DNA of 37,074 bases, taken from Enterobacteria phage SfV. The stretch lies in sequence record NC_003444; one strand, 5' to 3'. Both the position numbers and the translations under genes were made by a program. How positions within the stretch are numbered: the stretch's first letter is position 1; the number at the start of each line of letters is the position of its first letter. The notes under the pieces are model-generated. The model was not told where the DNA came from, did no database searches, and saw only the letters and a program-made list of their open reading frames with translations. This document shows positions 20,652-29,123 of the stretch, piece after piece.

Positions 20652-21815
20652 TTACACATCATTAGTACCTTCCTTATTTTTTGACTGGGACGAATTTGGG
20701 ACCGATGGGTTCAGGATCGAGTCTATTTGCCGTGCGTGTTCGGTAAGGTGATTAGGTGCAAGGTGAGCATATCGACGAACCATTTCGATAGACTCCCAGC
20801 CTCCCATTTCCTGTAACACTGACAACGGGACTCCGGCTTGACCCAGCCAACTTGCCCAGGTGTGTCTCAAGTCGTGAAATCTGAAATCATCAATACCAGC
20901 CCGTCTCAGCGCCGCTTTCCAGGCTGTGTTTGCGTCATACCGCATCTCCCTTACTGTTGGCGCTTTCGTTCCGTCTGGTTTGGTACAGCTTTCCTTGTAC
21001 ACAAATACCCAACGGTGATGATTCCCGATTTGTTTTTTCAAAACGCGACATGCAGTATCATTCAGCGCAACGCCAATTGCGCGGTTTGATTTACTCTCTT
21101 CCGGGTTTATCCATGCCACCCGGCGCTGCATGTCTATTTGTTGCCATTCAAGGTTGATGATGTTCGAGCGTCTTAAGCCTGTTGCCAGTGCAAATTCAAC
21201 AACAGACTTTAATGGCTCCGGACATTCATCAATCAGCCTTTGTGCTTCATGGGGCTCCAGCCAGCGGATCCGTTTATTCTTTGGTTGAGGCACTTTAATA
21301 ATTGGTGCCTTATCCAGCATTTTCCATTCACGCTCTGCGGCTCTTAGTAGGGCCTTTATAAATGAAAGATGCGTAGCCTTCGTTGCAACGGACGCTGGTT
21401 TTGGCGTGTATTCTGGAACAGGTTTCCCTTTTTTCCTGCATGCTTCTGCCCTGAGTCTCCAGTTTTCCTCATGACGCCGGTTCGTCATTTTCTGGATTGC
21501 TGAATAAATTTTTGATTCAGTAATGTCTCTTAGTTGCATTCCTGCGAAATGTTGAAGCCAGAATCCGATCCGGCTTTTGTCATCGTCCAGTGATTTTTGA
21601 TGTGCTTTCTCTTCAAGCCACCTGACACACGCTTCCTCGAACGTTATATCAGGTATTTCACCAAGTTTGCTGACCCGCCATGCTTCAGCCTTTAGCTTGT
21701 CATGGAGTTCTGTCGCCTGCCTTTTGTCCTTTGTTCCAAGAGACTGTTTAAATCTTTTACCGTTCGGCAATGTGAAACTGGCGTACCATATTTCACCTCT
21801 GCGGAAGAGTGACAT
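20652..21815 (-). CDS. int: tyrosine integrase (site-specific recombinase)
   Basis: 387 aa; C-terminal catalytic region [10 protein letters not shown]...RRYAHL with the tyrosine; SD AGAGGAAA upstream; adjacent to attP. Confidence 0.9.
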   Translation of the reverse strand: MSLFRRGEIWYASFTLPNGKRFKQSLGTKDKRQATELHDKLKAEAWRVSKLGEIPDITFEEACVRWLEEKAHQKSLDDDKSRIGFWLQHFAGMQLRDITESKIYSAIQKMTNRRHEENWRLRAEACRKKGKPVPEYTPKPASVATKATHLSFIKALLRAAEREWKMLDKAPIIKVPQPKNKRIRWLEPHEAQRLIDECPEPLKSVVEFALATGLRRSNIINLEWQQIDMQRRVAWINPEESKSNRAIGVALNDTACRVLKKQIGNHHRWVFVYKESCTKPDGTKAPTVREMRYDANTAWKAALRRAGIDDFRFHDLRHTWASWLGQAGVPLSVLQEMGGWESIEMVRRYAHLAPNHLTEHARQIDSILNPSVPNSSQSKNKEGTNDV

Positions 21816-22042
21816 TTTCTTTCCTCTGTTATGCCATCACCCGCGCTCACCTGGACAGTATGCAGCGGAGACTGAAGAGCCGCAATGCAGGCTTGTCGTG
21901 TTGTGAGGTAAGGAGATTTACTCTTAGTGGGATCTTTGCGTGTTGCCTGAAGACGCCCTGTGCGTATCCAGTTAATGGCAGTCGGTCTGGATATCTTGAG
22001 AAAATCACAGGCCTCATCGAGTGTGAGGCTGTATGGCTCCAT
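21692..22042 (-). CDS. xis: excisionase (AlpA/Xis-type HTH)
   Basis: ORF 21692..22126; ATG at 22042 ([31 protein letters not shown]); overlaps int start by ~120 nt. Confidence 0.65.
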   Translation of the reverse strand: MEPYSLTLDEACDFLKISRPTAINWIRTGRLQATRKDPTKSKSPYLTTRQACIAALQSPLHTVQVSAGDGITEERKCHSSAEVKYGTPVSHCRTVKDLNSLLEQRTKGRRQNSMTS

Positions 22043-22347
22043 TATTTCACCTCTTGCTGTGACATTGTTGAAAAATGGATACCAGCTCGTTGCTGCCAGA
22101 CGATCCAACCGAGAGTCATATCCCATGCCATGTATTCGTTATCGCCGTTTTTTGCTCTCCGACGATCTACTAAGTCACCGAAACGCTTTTCCATGAATAA
22201 TTCATAAGCTTCGCGTTCATCTGGTTCTACTTCCAGAGATAGGAGTGCGATTTCATAAGCACGGCGCTCAATATCGTCTCGCACGTCAAGGCTGCTGATA
22301 CGCTCTTTAATTTCTTTAATCAGTTCTTTGTCGGTAAAAGTGGTCAT
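22042..22347 (-). CDS. hypothetical acidic protein (YfdT-like by memory)
   Basis: 101-aa ORF, stop overlaps xis start (TAATG). Confidence 0.5.
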   Translation of the reverse strand: MTTFTDKELIKEIKERISSLDVRDDIERRAYEIALLSLEVEPDEREAYELFMEKRFGDLVDRRRAKNGDNEYMAWDMTLGWIVWQQRAGIHFSTMSQQEVK

Positions 22348-22709
22348 TATGCTCCAGCCTCCGGTGCTTTTGGCATTACTGCCCAGTGAGTGATATTGAC
22401 GTTTTCAAGGTCCCCGACCTGAAATGTCCACTGCCATTCTCCGGTTTCTTTTTGTCCCCAGGTGTACCAGAGAGAACGCCAGCCAATTAGCCAGCCTTCT
22501 CCGTTAGCATCGAATAACAAAACACTTTCATTTGCTGGTGGCAGTTCAGTTGACACTGGTATTACTTTGTTTTCCTGTGCTGCACATTTAGCTTCAAGCG
22601 CATCGAATTTACGCACCAGGTATTCAGCATCTGTTTCATTTACTTTCAGATCTCGCGGTACACATCTCCCACGAAGAAACCCTTCCATTTCGAAAACATT
22701 CATGCGCAT
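22347..22709 (-). CDS. hypothetical protein (DUF551 / YfdS-like)
   Basis: 120-aa ORF with Trp-rich C-terminal half. Confidence 0.5.
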   Translation of the reverse strand: MRMNVFEMEGFLRGRCVPRDLKVNETDAEYLVRKFDALEAKCAAQENKVIPVSTELPPANESVLLFDANGEGWLIGWRSLWYTWGQKETGEWQWTFQVGDLENVNITHWAVMPKAPEAGA

Positions 22710-23236
22710 TTGCGTAACTCCGATAACTCGTTAAAGCGTTCCATAAATATCCCGTAGGCATGGCCCGGTGCCAGTGGAATCACGTTGAACATCTCTGTTG
22801 CCGGGATACCTTCCAGTACAGGCCAGAAAGAGCCATCATCAAGCCCGAGATCGCGGCGTTCGGTTGCCAGCATGATGAGATCGGCATATTTCACGGGCGT
22901 ACTCATAACTGGGGGTAACCCGTATTTCTCACGGATTACGGCGTCTATTTTTTCTTCCATTTGTTTATAGTCAGGAAGAAGGCGTTTCAGTGGTGCGGGA
23001 ATGTCCTGGCAATACGCTTCTGTTGCATCATGCATTAACGCTTCAAAAGCAAATTCCTGCGGCACCAGCTGGCTGCAAAGAACCGCATGTTGGGCGACGC
23101 TGTAGAAGTGCGAAAGATGACCGGCAAAGCGACAGATATTTGAAAGGGAAACCGCGATATCGTTAATATCGATGTCGTCTTTATTTATCCTGTCATAATA
23201 AAAATGCTTCCCGGAAAAAGTTTTAATAAATGACAT
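22700..23236 (-). CDS. HD-domain phosphohydrolase (YfdR-like 5'-deoxynucleotidase)
   Basis: ORF 22700..23263; ATG at 23236 after GGAG; HD-type metal-binding histidines/aspartates; near-identity by memory to E. coli CPS-53 YfdR. Confidence 0.65.
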   Translation of the reverse strand: MSFIKTFSGKHFYYDRINKDDIDINDIAVSLSNICRFAGHLSHFYSVAQHAVLCSQLVPQEFAFEALMHDATEAYCQDIPAPLKRLLPDYKQMEEKIDAVIREKYGLPPVMSTPVKYADLIMLATERRDLGLDDGSFWPVLEGIPATEMFNVIPLAPGHAYGIFMERFNELSELRKCA

Positions 23237-23363
23237 TTTGTTCTCCACGTATATGCGCTGCACCGCGCTGAATTCTGGTAAAAAGAATCCCTCACCATCC
23301 GGCGATTATTGAGTAAATTACGTTTCCATAAATGCCCCCGCAGGGGCATTTGCAGTAATGAAA

Positions 23364-24188
23364 TCAGGCGGTGAAAGTACCAATAAAGGTTTCTACTTTG
23401 CTGTCCTTGAATTTCTCAACAAGCAGATCACGAAATTCGTTAGCCATTTCTTCCTGCACCGCCTCCAGCTGAATAATGCGCAGAACCAGTACCGGACGAT
23501 CGCCAGTGATAATGCTGAGGCGTAATTTAAACGGACGTTCTTTCAGACCTTCAAACGGAATGCATTTAAATTCAAATGCCACTGGCATAATGTCTTTGGT
23601 CTTCGCTTCGACAGACTCCATCAGGGAGCGTTTGCCGCTGAAGTCATTATCTTCAAAATCAGCGGTCTGGTTTGCTTCAATCGTGATTTTACGGACCGCC
23701 GCAGCCGCTTTTGTTGCCTGAATGGTGTCACCATTAGCATCAAAGCCCACAAGGTAGTCGGCCCAGTCTTCAATCCATTCTGCCAGTGATTTCTGGGAGT
23801 TACGCTCGCCATTAACAGACAACAGAGCAGAGAACGGTGCTGTCTTTTTCAGTTTGAGAGTGGCGGTGTTATCTGCGTGACCTGGTTCATCAATAGTACC
23901 CAGGTTAAGCACACTGACGGCACGCATATTATCAGCATCGATAAAGCAGCGGGTGCCTTCATCTGCAAGATCTTTAGAATAACGGGTAAAGTCATCGATG
24001 CTGGCAGTGGAAAGCGCACCACGGAAACGGAAGCGATTTAAATTAAATTTTTCCAGATCATGAATGCGGAAATTCTCAGGCAATGCCACAGCATCGGCAC
24101 CAATCTTACTGATAATTTCATTAACACCCTGAGCAGAAATAAGGGCATGGATTTGATTAATTGCGGTTGCGTCTAAGTTCTGAGACAT
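23364..24188 (-). CDS. DUF2303 / YfdQ-like protein
   Basis: 274-aa ORF; same length as E. coli YfdQ by memory. Confidence 0.6.
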   Translation of the reverse strand: MSQNLDATAINQIHALISAQGVNEIISKIGADAVALPENFRIHDLEKFNLNRFRFRGALSTASIDDFTRYSKDLADEGTRCFIDADNMRAVSVLNLGTIDEPGHADNTATLKLKKTAPFSALLSVNGERNSQKSLAEWIEDWADYLVGFDANGDTIQATKAAAAVRKITIEANQTADFEDNDFSGKRSLMESVEAKTKDIMPVAFEFKCIPFEGLKERPFKLRLSIITGDRPVLVLRIIQLEAVQEEMANEFRDLLVEKFKDSKVETFIGTFTA

Positions 24189-24253
24189 AATAAGTCCTCA
24201 CTATATAAAGATATTCAGTGATGAGATAAATAATCAGTTAATTAAGAACGATA

Positions 24254-24616
24254 TTAATGACCTGCTGCGCGGAGTTTTCCGTCAGGTTCACCGGCAAGAG
24301 TCAGTAATTGTCCCTGGTCTTCCTGCAGAATAGTCAAGCGACCACCGCGATTGACATACATCGGCGTTTCGGTGGTGTCTTCTTCGGAAATTTTCCCGCG
24401 GTTAGTCGGGCGAACATATGAGAGTTTGTGTTTGATTTTCACACGGTTCTCATCAAATGGTTCGATTTCCAGGTTGAGTGAGACCTTACCTTTGGTTTTC
24501 GTGTTCATCACACCGGAAGCGACTTCACTGAGAACTGCGCCGATTTTGGTTTCAAATACGCCGCCGTCCAGCTCCCCGATAAATGCCTGCACATCAGTAC
24601 TGCGTTCGCTAGCCAT
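24254..24616 (-). CDS. YfdP-like hypothetical protein
   Basis: ORF 24254..24934; start placed at ATG 24616 (MASERSTDVQ...) with GAGGAG upstream, giving 120 aa; the N-terminal extension of the track ORF runs into a non-coding-looking region. Confidence 0.55.
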   Translation of the reverse strand: MASERSTDVQAFIGELDGGVFETKIGAVLSEVASGVMNTKTKGKVSLNLEIEPFDENRVKIKHKLSYVRPTNRGKISEEDTTETPMYVNRGGRLTILQEDQGQLLTLAGEPDGKLRAAGH

Positions 24617-24666
24617 TTTGCTGCTCCTCATCATATCGACCCTGCAAGGCCGATTAGTTTCTCCAC

Positions 24667-24798
24667 AAAACAGAGAAGAACACCTGCGGTGGCAGCCGCC
24701 CGGATGGATTGGGTTATGAGCCCGTCGTCCGGTGATGCTCTTCTCTGTTTTGTAAAAAGGACGGTACCAGCCGGAAGCAAGGGTACAAACTGGTACCG
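24667..24798. ncRNA. candidate structured RNA element (function unknown)
   Basis: 12-bp perfect inverted repeat aaaacagagaag/cttctctgtttt (24667-24678 / 24740-24751) enclosing nested GC hairpins; 9-bp stem cggtaccag/ctggtaccg (24762-24770 / 24790-24798) followed on the minus strand by a T5 run; no convincing ORF. Confidence 0.3.
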
Positions 24799-25053
24799 CC
24801 AGGACTACACACAGCATAAAGTTGTGGTGCCGGGTGCCTCCCGGTGCCTGGCGAAGGTTGCACACCAGACGGGTGGGTATCCACAGAAGGTCGACTGTCA
24901 GCCTCAACCTTAACCCGCGTGCGCTGAGCCGCATTCACCACAACGCTAAGGATTCTCTTTGGTTGAAAATACTTAGCTGTTATGTGCCTGTCTTTTCACC
25001 ACTTCAGGCTCGGTGGTATCCTTTTAAGCCCGTATACATAAAAGGAAAATCAA

Positions 25054-25299
25054 ATGACTTTTGATGAAAAAGAACTTGATAATGCAATTAATAAAATCAT
25101 CGTAACGTCGCTCTTTTCCTGTCTCAGCGACACTCAGCAGAAACAGTTCTACGAATCGGCTTTCAACATGATCGAGCGTTGTTGTTTCTGCGATGCCGAC
25201 GAGTTACCTGAAAAAATCAGGAAACAGTTGGCTGATGCTCTTCGAGTGCGACTTTCTGACCAATTTTCTGAAATGTGCTCTCCGAATTTGGACAAATAG
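25054..25299 (+). CDS. hypothetical protein, 81 aa, antisense to the pL transcript
   Basis: ATG 25054 preceded by AAGGA; Cys-containing (CCFCD); 3' end overlaps the convergent ORF by 83 nt. Confidence 0.4.
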   Translation: MTFDEKELDNAINKIIVTSLFSCLSDTQQKQFYESAFNMIERCCFCDADELPEKIRKQLADALRVRLSDQFSEMCSPNLDK

Positions 25300-25492
25300 A
25301 AAAAGGCCATTTCCATTCAGGGTCTGATGGAAAGACTTCAGCCTGTTCCAAAGCACGGCGTAAAGAGAACACAACTCCAGCCATAATCTGATGTTTCCCA
25401 TTGGTCCAGCTATCGCCGCTCTGATCTACAGGGGCGGCTATGTCGTATGACCAAACGACTTCACAGTTATTGTTTAAAATCTGGACTTTCAT
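25217..25492 (-). CDS. hypothetical protein, 91 aa, first ORF downstream of pL
   Basis: ORF 25217..25513; ATG at 25492 (MKVQILNNN...) with AGCAGGTG upstream; not Arg-rich, so not N-like. Confidence 0.45.
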   Translation of the reverse strand: MKVQILNNNCEVVWSYDIAAPVDQSGDSWTNGKHQIMAGVVFSLRRALEQAEVFPSDPEWKWPFSICPNSESTFQKIGQKVALEEHQPTVS

Positions 25493-25612
25493 TTCATACA
25501 CCTGCTTTAACATGAGTACCTAGTGGCACAACATGACTCAACGAATCATCCTGGACTTCATATGCCCCAGGCGGCTACTTCGTGGGCGTCCTGCCTGTTT
25601 GTTGTTTCTCTT

Positions 25613-25646
25613 GGGTACATTATGTATCTCATGGGTACATTGTCAA
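25613..25646 (-). promoter_or_regulatory. pL-like early-left promoter with operator half-sites
   Basis: Minus strand TTGACA (25646-25641), 16-nt spacer, CATAAT (25624-25619); repeated gggtacat motifs (25613-25620, 25633-25640) overlap the promoter. Confidence 0.5.
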
Positions 25647-25648
25647 GT

Positions 25649-25673
25649 ATAAAAAAACCTGCCGAAGCAGGTT
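25649..25673 (-). terminator. rho-independent terminator downstream of cI
   Basis: Minus strand hairpin aacctgc-ttcg-gcaggtt followed by a U7 tract, 12 nt after the cI stop. Confidence 0.55.
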
Positions 25674-25685
25674 CATAAACATTGA

Positions 25686-26360
25686 TTAGGCTTTGATTTT
25701 GTATCTTCTTGGTTTTCCTGAGAAAATCACCGTTCCAATTATAGAGCAATTACCGTTGATCTTAATGTAAGGCTCAGGCCAGTTTGGGTTTAACGCTTTG
25801 AGATAACGCTGTGTCCCATCTTCTATCAACCTTTTGAAGGTGGTTTCACCTGTATCGTGCATCAATGCAATAACGTCGTCACCGTGGCAGGCAGGTACTT
25901 CAGGATCGACAAAAATCATGTCTCCCGGGCGGTACTCATCAATCATTGAATCACCTATCACCCGTAAGATATAAGTCATTTCCCCACAGGGTACAGGGCA
26001 GGGATACGTTTCTGCTGTGCTCAAATCAACCTCAGAATATCCAACTTCTTTCCATGCTCCGGCCTGTACCCATGATATGACAGGGACTAATGTGATTTGT
26101 TTATTAGTGATTGAAACATCAGGTTTTTTTGTGATGTTCGTTGTCTGGTGTTCTTGATCGAGCCATCCGACAGGCAGGTCGAAACATTTTTCGATGTGTC
26201 GTGCCATGCTGTCACCGATATTTTTAGTAGCACCATCTCCCATAAACCTGCTGGTCTGGGTTGGCTCGCGATCAATCATGGTGGCAAAGGAAGAATTCCC
26301 GCCAACACCATCTCTCAGTTTTCTGGCGTTAGACCGCCGGATGTCATGGACTGTTTTCAT
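25686..26360 (-). CDS. cI: CI-type repressor (HTH plus S24 LexA-like autopeptidase domain)
   Basis: 224 aa; C-terminal S24 domain with GDSM serine motif and a conserved lysine downstream; divergent from cro across an operator region. Confidence 0.9.
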   Translation of the reverse strand: MKTVHDIRRSNARKLRDGVGGNSSFATMIDREPTQTSRFMGDGATKNIGDSMARHIEKCFDLPVGWLDQEHQTTNITKKPDVSITNKQITLVPVISWVQAGAWKEVGYSEVDLSTAETYPCPVPCGEMTYILRVIGDSMIDEYRPGDMIFVDPEVPACHGDDVIALMHDTGETTFKRLIEDGTQRYLKALNPNWPEPYIKINGNCSIIGTVIFSGKPRRYKIKA

Positions 26361-26376
26361 AACGAAATTAAAACCT

Positions 26377-26447
26377 TTGTACCGATAGGGTACAAGTATC
26401 TTGAAGGTTCATCTCAATCATGTAATATGTATATCGGAGGTACATAT
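26377..26447. promoter_or_regulatory. oR / pR / pRM region
   Basis: Palindromic operator TTGTACC-gatag-GGTACAA (26377-26395); pR -35 TTGAAG (26401-26406), 16-nt spacer, -10 TAATAT (26423-26428); second inverted repeat atatgta/tacatat (26425-26447) over the cro RBS. Confidence 0.55.
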
Positions 26448-26460
26448 TGTATGAAAGCGT

Positions 26461-26651
26461 ATTGGGACTCTTTAACCAAAGAACAGCAGGGCGAGTTGGC
26501 CGGAAAAGTTGGCTCAACACCAGGCTACTTACGGCTAGTTTTCAATGGTTATAAAAAAGCCAGTTTTGTGCTGGCTAAAAAACTTGAGCAATGCACGTCA
26601 GGTGCAATTACGAAATCTGACTTAAGACCGGATATCTATCCGAAAGATTAA
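26461..26651 (+). CDS. cro: Cro-like repressor (YdaS/Cro HTH)
   Basis: ATG 26461 after GGAGG; 63 aa; first gene rightward of the operator region. Confidence 0.75.
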
Positions 26652-26682
26652 CAGAACACCTTCAATTTTTAACCACAGAACG

Positions 26683-27246
26683 ATGAGGCTAACCGTGGGT
26701 AAGCATCACTGGAAAGTAGAAAAACAGCCTGAGTGGTACGTGAAAGCTGTCAGAAAAACTATCGCGGCGTTGCCGGGGGGTTACGCTGAAGCTGCTGAGT
26801 GGCTGGATGTAACAGAGAACGCTTTATTCAACCGCCTTCGTGCAGATGGCGATCAGATTTTCCCGCTGGGATGGGCAATGATTTTACAGCGCGCGGCTGG
26901 CACTCACTACATTGCGGATGCTGTCGCACAGTCTGCTGGTGGGGTGTTTGTATCGCTTCCTGAAATTGAGGAAGTAGAGAACGCCGATATAAACCAGCGC
27001 CTGCTGGAAGTCATCGAACAGATCGGGAGTTACTCAAAGCAGATTCGTTCGGCAATCGAAGATGGGGTAGTGGAGCCACACGAGCAGACAGCAATTAATG
27101 ATGAGTTGTATCTGTCAATTTCGAAGCTCCAGGAGCATGCAGCACTGGTCTACAAAATCTTTTGCGCTCCAGAAAAGAGTGACGCCCGCGAGTGTGCAGC
27201 TCCGGGCGTCGTGGCGTTTTGTGTCTGTGGAGAAACTAACGCATGA
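26683..27246 (+). CDS. CII-like regulatory protein (phage 186-type CII family, tentative)
   Basis: 187-aa ORF immediately after cro; family assignment from memory only. Confidence 0.5.
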   Translation: MRLTVGKHHWKVEKQPEWYVKAVRKTIAALPGGYAEAAEWLDVTENALFNRLRADGDQIFPLGWAMILQRAAGTHYIADAVAQSAGGVFVSLPEIEEVENADINQRLLEVIEQIGSYSKQIRSAIEDGVVEPHEQTAINDELYLSISKLQEHAALVYKIFCAPEKSDARECAAPGVVAFCVCGETNA

Positions 27247-28079
27247 ACAGTTTAACGGCAAATAACCGTTTGTCGCAACAGCTGGTGGTCAGCGTCGCTG
27301 AACACCTGTTGTTACGGCATGAATGCAGATTACCAAATCACCTGGCTGTAAGTAACCACAGAGAACTTTACCTGACTGTGGGGGGCGAGTTGTGCAGGAA
27401 CTTAACCGCTGGTTTCGTGACGGAAGAGGACTTTATGTTCATGTTATTCGTTGGGAGCCAGAAACACAGCGCGTTATCTATCTTCGCAAAGACTACCCGC
27501 ATGAGTGCTTTAGTCCTTTGTGGAAATTCAGGCGTGATTTTGTTGAGTGTGAAGGACCACCAGCACATTGATTCTGCCATTCCGGGACGTTACACTGTTC
27601 AGGCACCTTATAAAGCGGGTGCCGGGATTGGCGTCCTGGAATTGATCAAGGCGATATATGACGCGCCAGCGTCTTTTTTATCGTCCGCATTTGCTCACAT
27701 CAAAGTTATGGTGGGCTGGGCGGGGGCATCGAAAGATGCGCCGGTTTCCTTGATCACCGGTTACGCCAACCCCGTTCAGTTCACCACCAGCGAAATTGCC
27801 GTTTCCGGTGGTGGAAGTATTTCACCGATCAAGGAGGCTGCCATCATGGCTACTGTCCCAGCCCTCACTCGTCTGAATGATGAAGACTTACATAAACTCA
27901 GTTATGTAACAACTGCACTACGTGCTCTGCGCAAGGTAACTCTTTCGGATCCCCAGGCGCATCAGGTTTTGGTAGAAACCCTTCTTAACTTGCAGGCTGA
28001 ACGTATTCGTCTGGCGGATAAGGCTAATTTTCATATTCACCGTCTCCTGAATATCAGCGGAGGGCATCGTCATGCTTAA
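27243..28079 (+). CDS. hypothetical protein (gene model uncertain)
   Basis: 278-codon ORF with ATGA coupling to the upstream gene; strong internal AAGGAGG-ATG at 27846; alternative-frame GTG ORF 27392..27571. Confidence 0.4.
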   Translation: MNSLTANNRLSQQLVVSVAEHLLLRHECRLPNHLAVSNHRELYLTVGGELCRNLTAGFVTEEDFMFMLFVGSQKHSALSIFAKTTRMSALVLCGNSGVILLSVKDHQHIDSAIPGRYTVQAPYKAGAGIGVLELIKAIYDAPASFLSSAFAHIKVMVGWAGASKDAPVSLITGYANPVQFTTSEIAVSGGGSISPIKEAAIMATVPALTRLNDEDLHKLSYVTTALRALRKVTLSDPQAHQVLVETLLNLQAERIRLADKANFHIHRLLNISGGHRHA

Positions 28080-28308
28080 TCCGTTGAGCCTCAATATTCG
28101 CCGTTTACTTCAGCGTAAAAAAACATCAATTCCTACAGTTGGGCAGTGGTACACCACGCCTGCAGGGCATGTTCTACGTGTTAGCCTGGTTGACCGTGAA
28201 TGTCAGAAAGTGATTTGTGAACCGCTGGGCCGTAATTACCGCGTCAGTATGCCGCTTATAACCTTTCGCTCCGAAAAAAACATGAAGCATCTCGGAGGTG
28301 CAGCATGA
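28072..28308 (+). CDS. hypothetical protein
   Basis: 78-aa ORF overlapping neighbours at both ends; no recognisable motif. Confidence 0.45.
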   Translation: MLNPLSLNIRRLLQRKKTSIPTVGQWYTTPAGHVLRVSLVDRECQKVICEPLGRNYRVSMPLITFRSEKNMKHLGGAA

Positions 28309-29123
28309 GTATGGAGCTGATGGTTAAAGCGATGAAAATTCGAGTGGGTAATCCATTGCGAAAACTGGTTCTGATCAAGCTGGCTGATAATGCCAGCGAT
28401 CAGGGTGAGTGCTGGCCCAGCTATCAGCATATCGCTGATCAGTGCGAGATTAGCAAACGTTCTGTGATGAATCATATTGCGGCCCTCTGTGAGTCCGGGC
28501 TGGTAAAAAAAGTCACCCGGAAAGGTGAAAAAGGTAACTCAAGTAATATCTATCTCCTTCATCTGGATGGTGCAGGAGATTCACTAGGGGGTAGTGCAAA
28601 TAATTCACTATCTGGTGCAGCAAATTCACCAGGTAGTGCAGGAGTTGCACCAGGGGGTAGTGCAGGAGATTCACCCAGAACCAGTCACTCTTTTGAACCA
28701 GTCAAAGAACCAGTCAATGAACCAATAGCTGTTGGTGCATCAGTTGATGAGTCCGTGCGAGTTCGTTCAAACCGACCGGAATACTCTCCGGAGTTTGAGC
28801 AGGCATGGCTGGCATATCCCAAACGTGCTGGTGGCAATTCAAAATCTGCAGCCTTCAAAGCCTGGAAAGCCCGTTTGAACGAGGGAGTAAACCCCGAAAC
28901 CATGCTGGAAGGTGTGAAACGCTACGCGGGCTGGGTATCTGCGATGGGCAATAGCGGCACACAATTTGTGAAACAGGCTGTCACGTTCTTTGGTCCAGAT
29001 CGTCATTTCGAAGAATCCTGGGAAGTTCCTGCGGTATCTGCAGCCAGACGCGAGGACCCGTACTTCAAAGCCAGTTACGACAACGTGGACTACAGCCAGA
29101 TCCCGGCAGGATTCAGGGGGTGA
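28305..29123 (+). CDS. replication initiation protein (lambda O-like, N-terminal HTH)
   Basis: 272 aa; N-terminal HTH replisome-organiser-like region; internal repeat-encoded low-complexity linker (iterons); position after cII. Confidence 0.7.
   Translation: MSMELMVKAMKIRVGNPLRKLVLIKLADNASDQGECWPSYQHIADQCEISKRSVMNHIAALCESGLVKKVTRKGEKGNSSNIYLLHLDGAGDSLGGSANNSLSGAANSPGSAGVAPGGSAGDSPRTSHSFEPVKEPVNEPIAVGASVDESVRVRSNRPEYSPEFEQAWLAYPKRAGGNSKSAAFKAWKARLNEGVNPETMLEGVKRYAGWVSAMGNSGTQFVKQAVTFFGPDRHFEESWEVPAVSAARREDPYFKASYDNVDYSQIPAGFRG
28569..28716. repeat. iteron-like direct repeats inside the replication gene (candidate origin)
   Basis: ggtgcaggagattcac at 28569 and 28660; gggggtagtgca at ~28587 and ~28654; gaaccagtca three times (28678, 28695, 28707). 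Confidence 0.5.

Noticed and set aside
21809-22207. Plus-strand ORF 21809..22207 antisense to xis and the upstream gene
   Set aside because: Overlaps two well-supported minus-strand genes; Cys-rich odd composition and no RBS.
24667-24751. 12-bp perfect inverted repeat considered as retron a1/a2 repeats flanking an msr-msd
   Set aside because: No reverse transcriptase gene anywhere in the window and the enclosed segment (61 nt) is too short for a typical msr-msd; kept only as a generic structured-RNA candidate.
24689-25064. ORFs 24689..24913 (+), 24714..24941 (-) and 24822..25064 (+) as protein-coding genes
   Set aside because: They overlap one another in a GC-rich hairpin-rich segment, have low-complexity Pro/Gly/Arg/Ser-rich translations and no RBS; more likely non-coding.
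26148-26651. 167-aa ORF as an extended Cro
   Set aside because: The 5' extension runs through the operator/promoter region and into cI antisense; the real start is the RBS-supported ATG at 26461.
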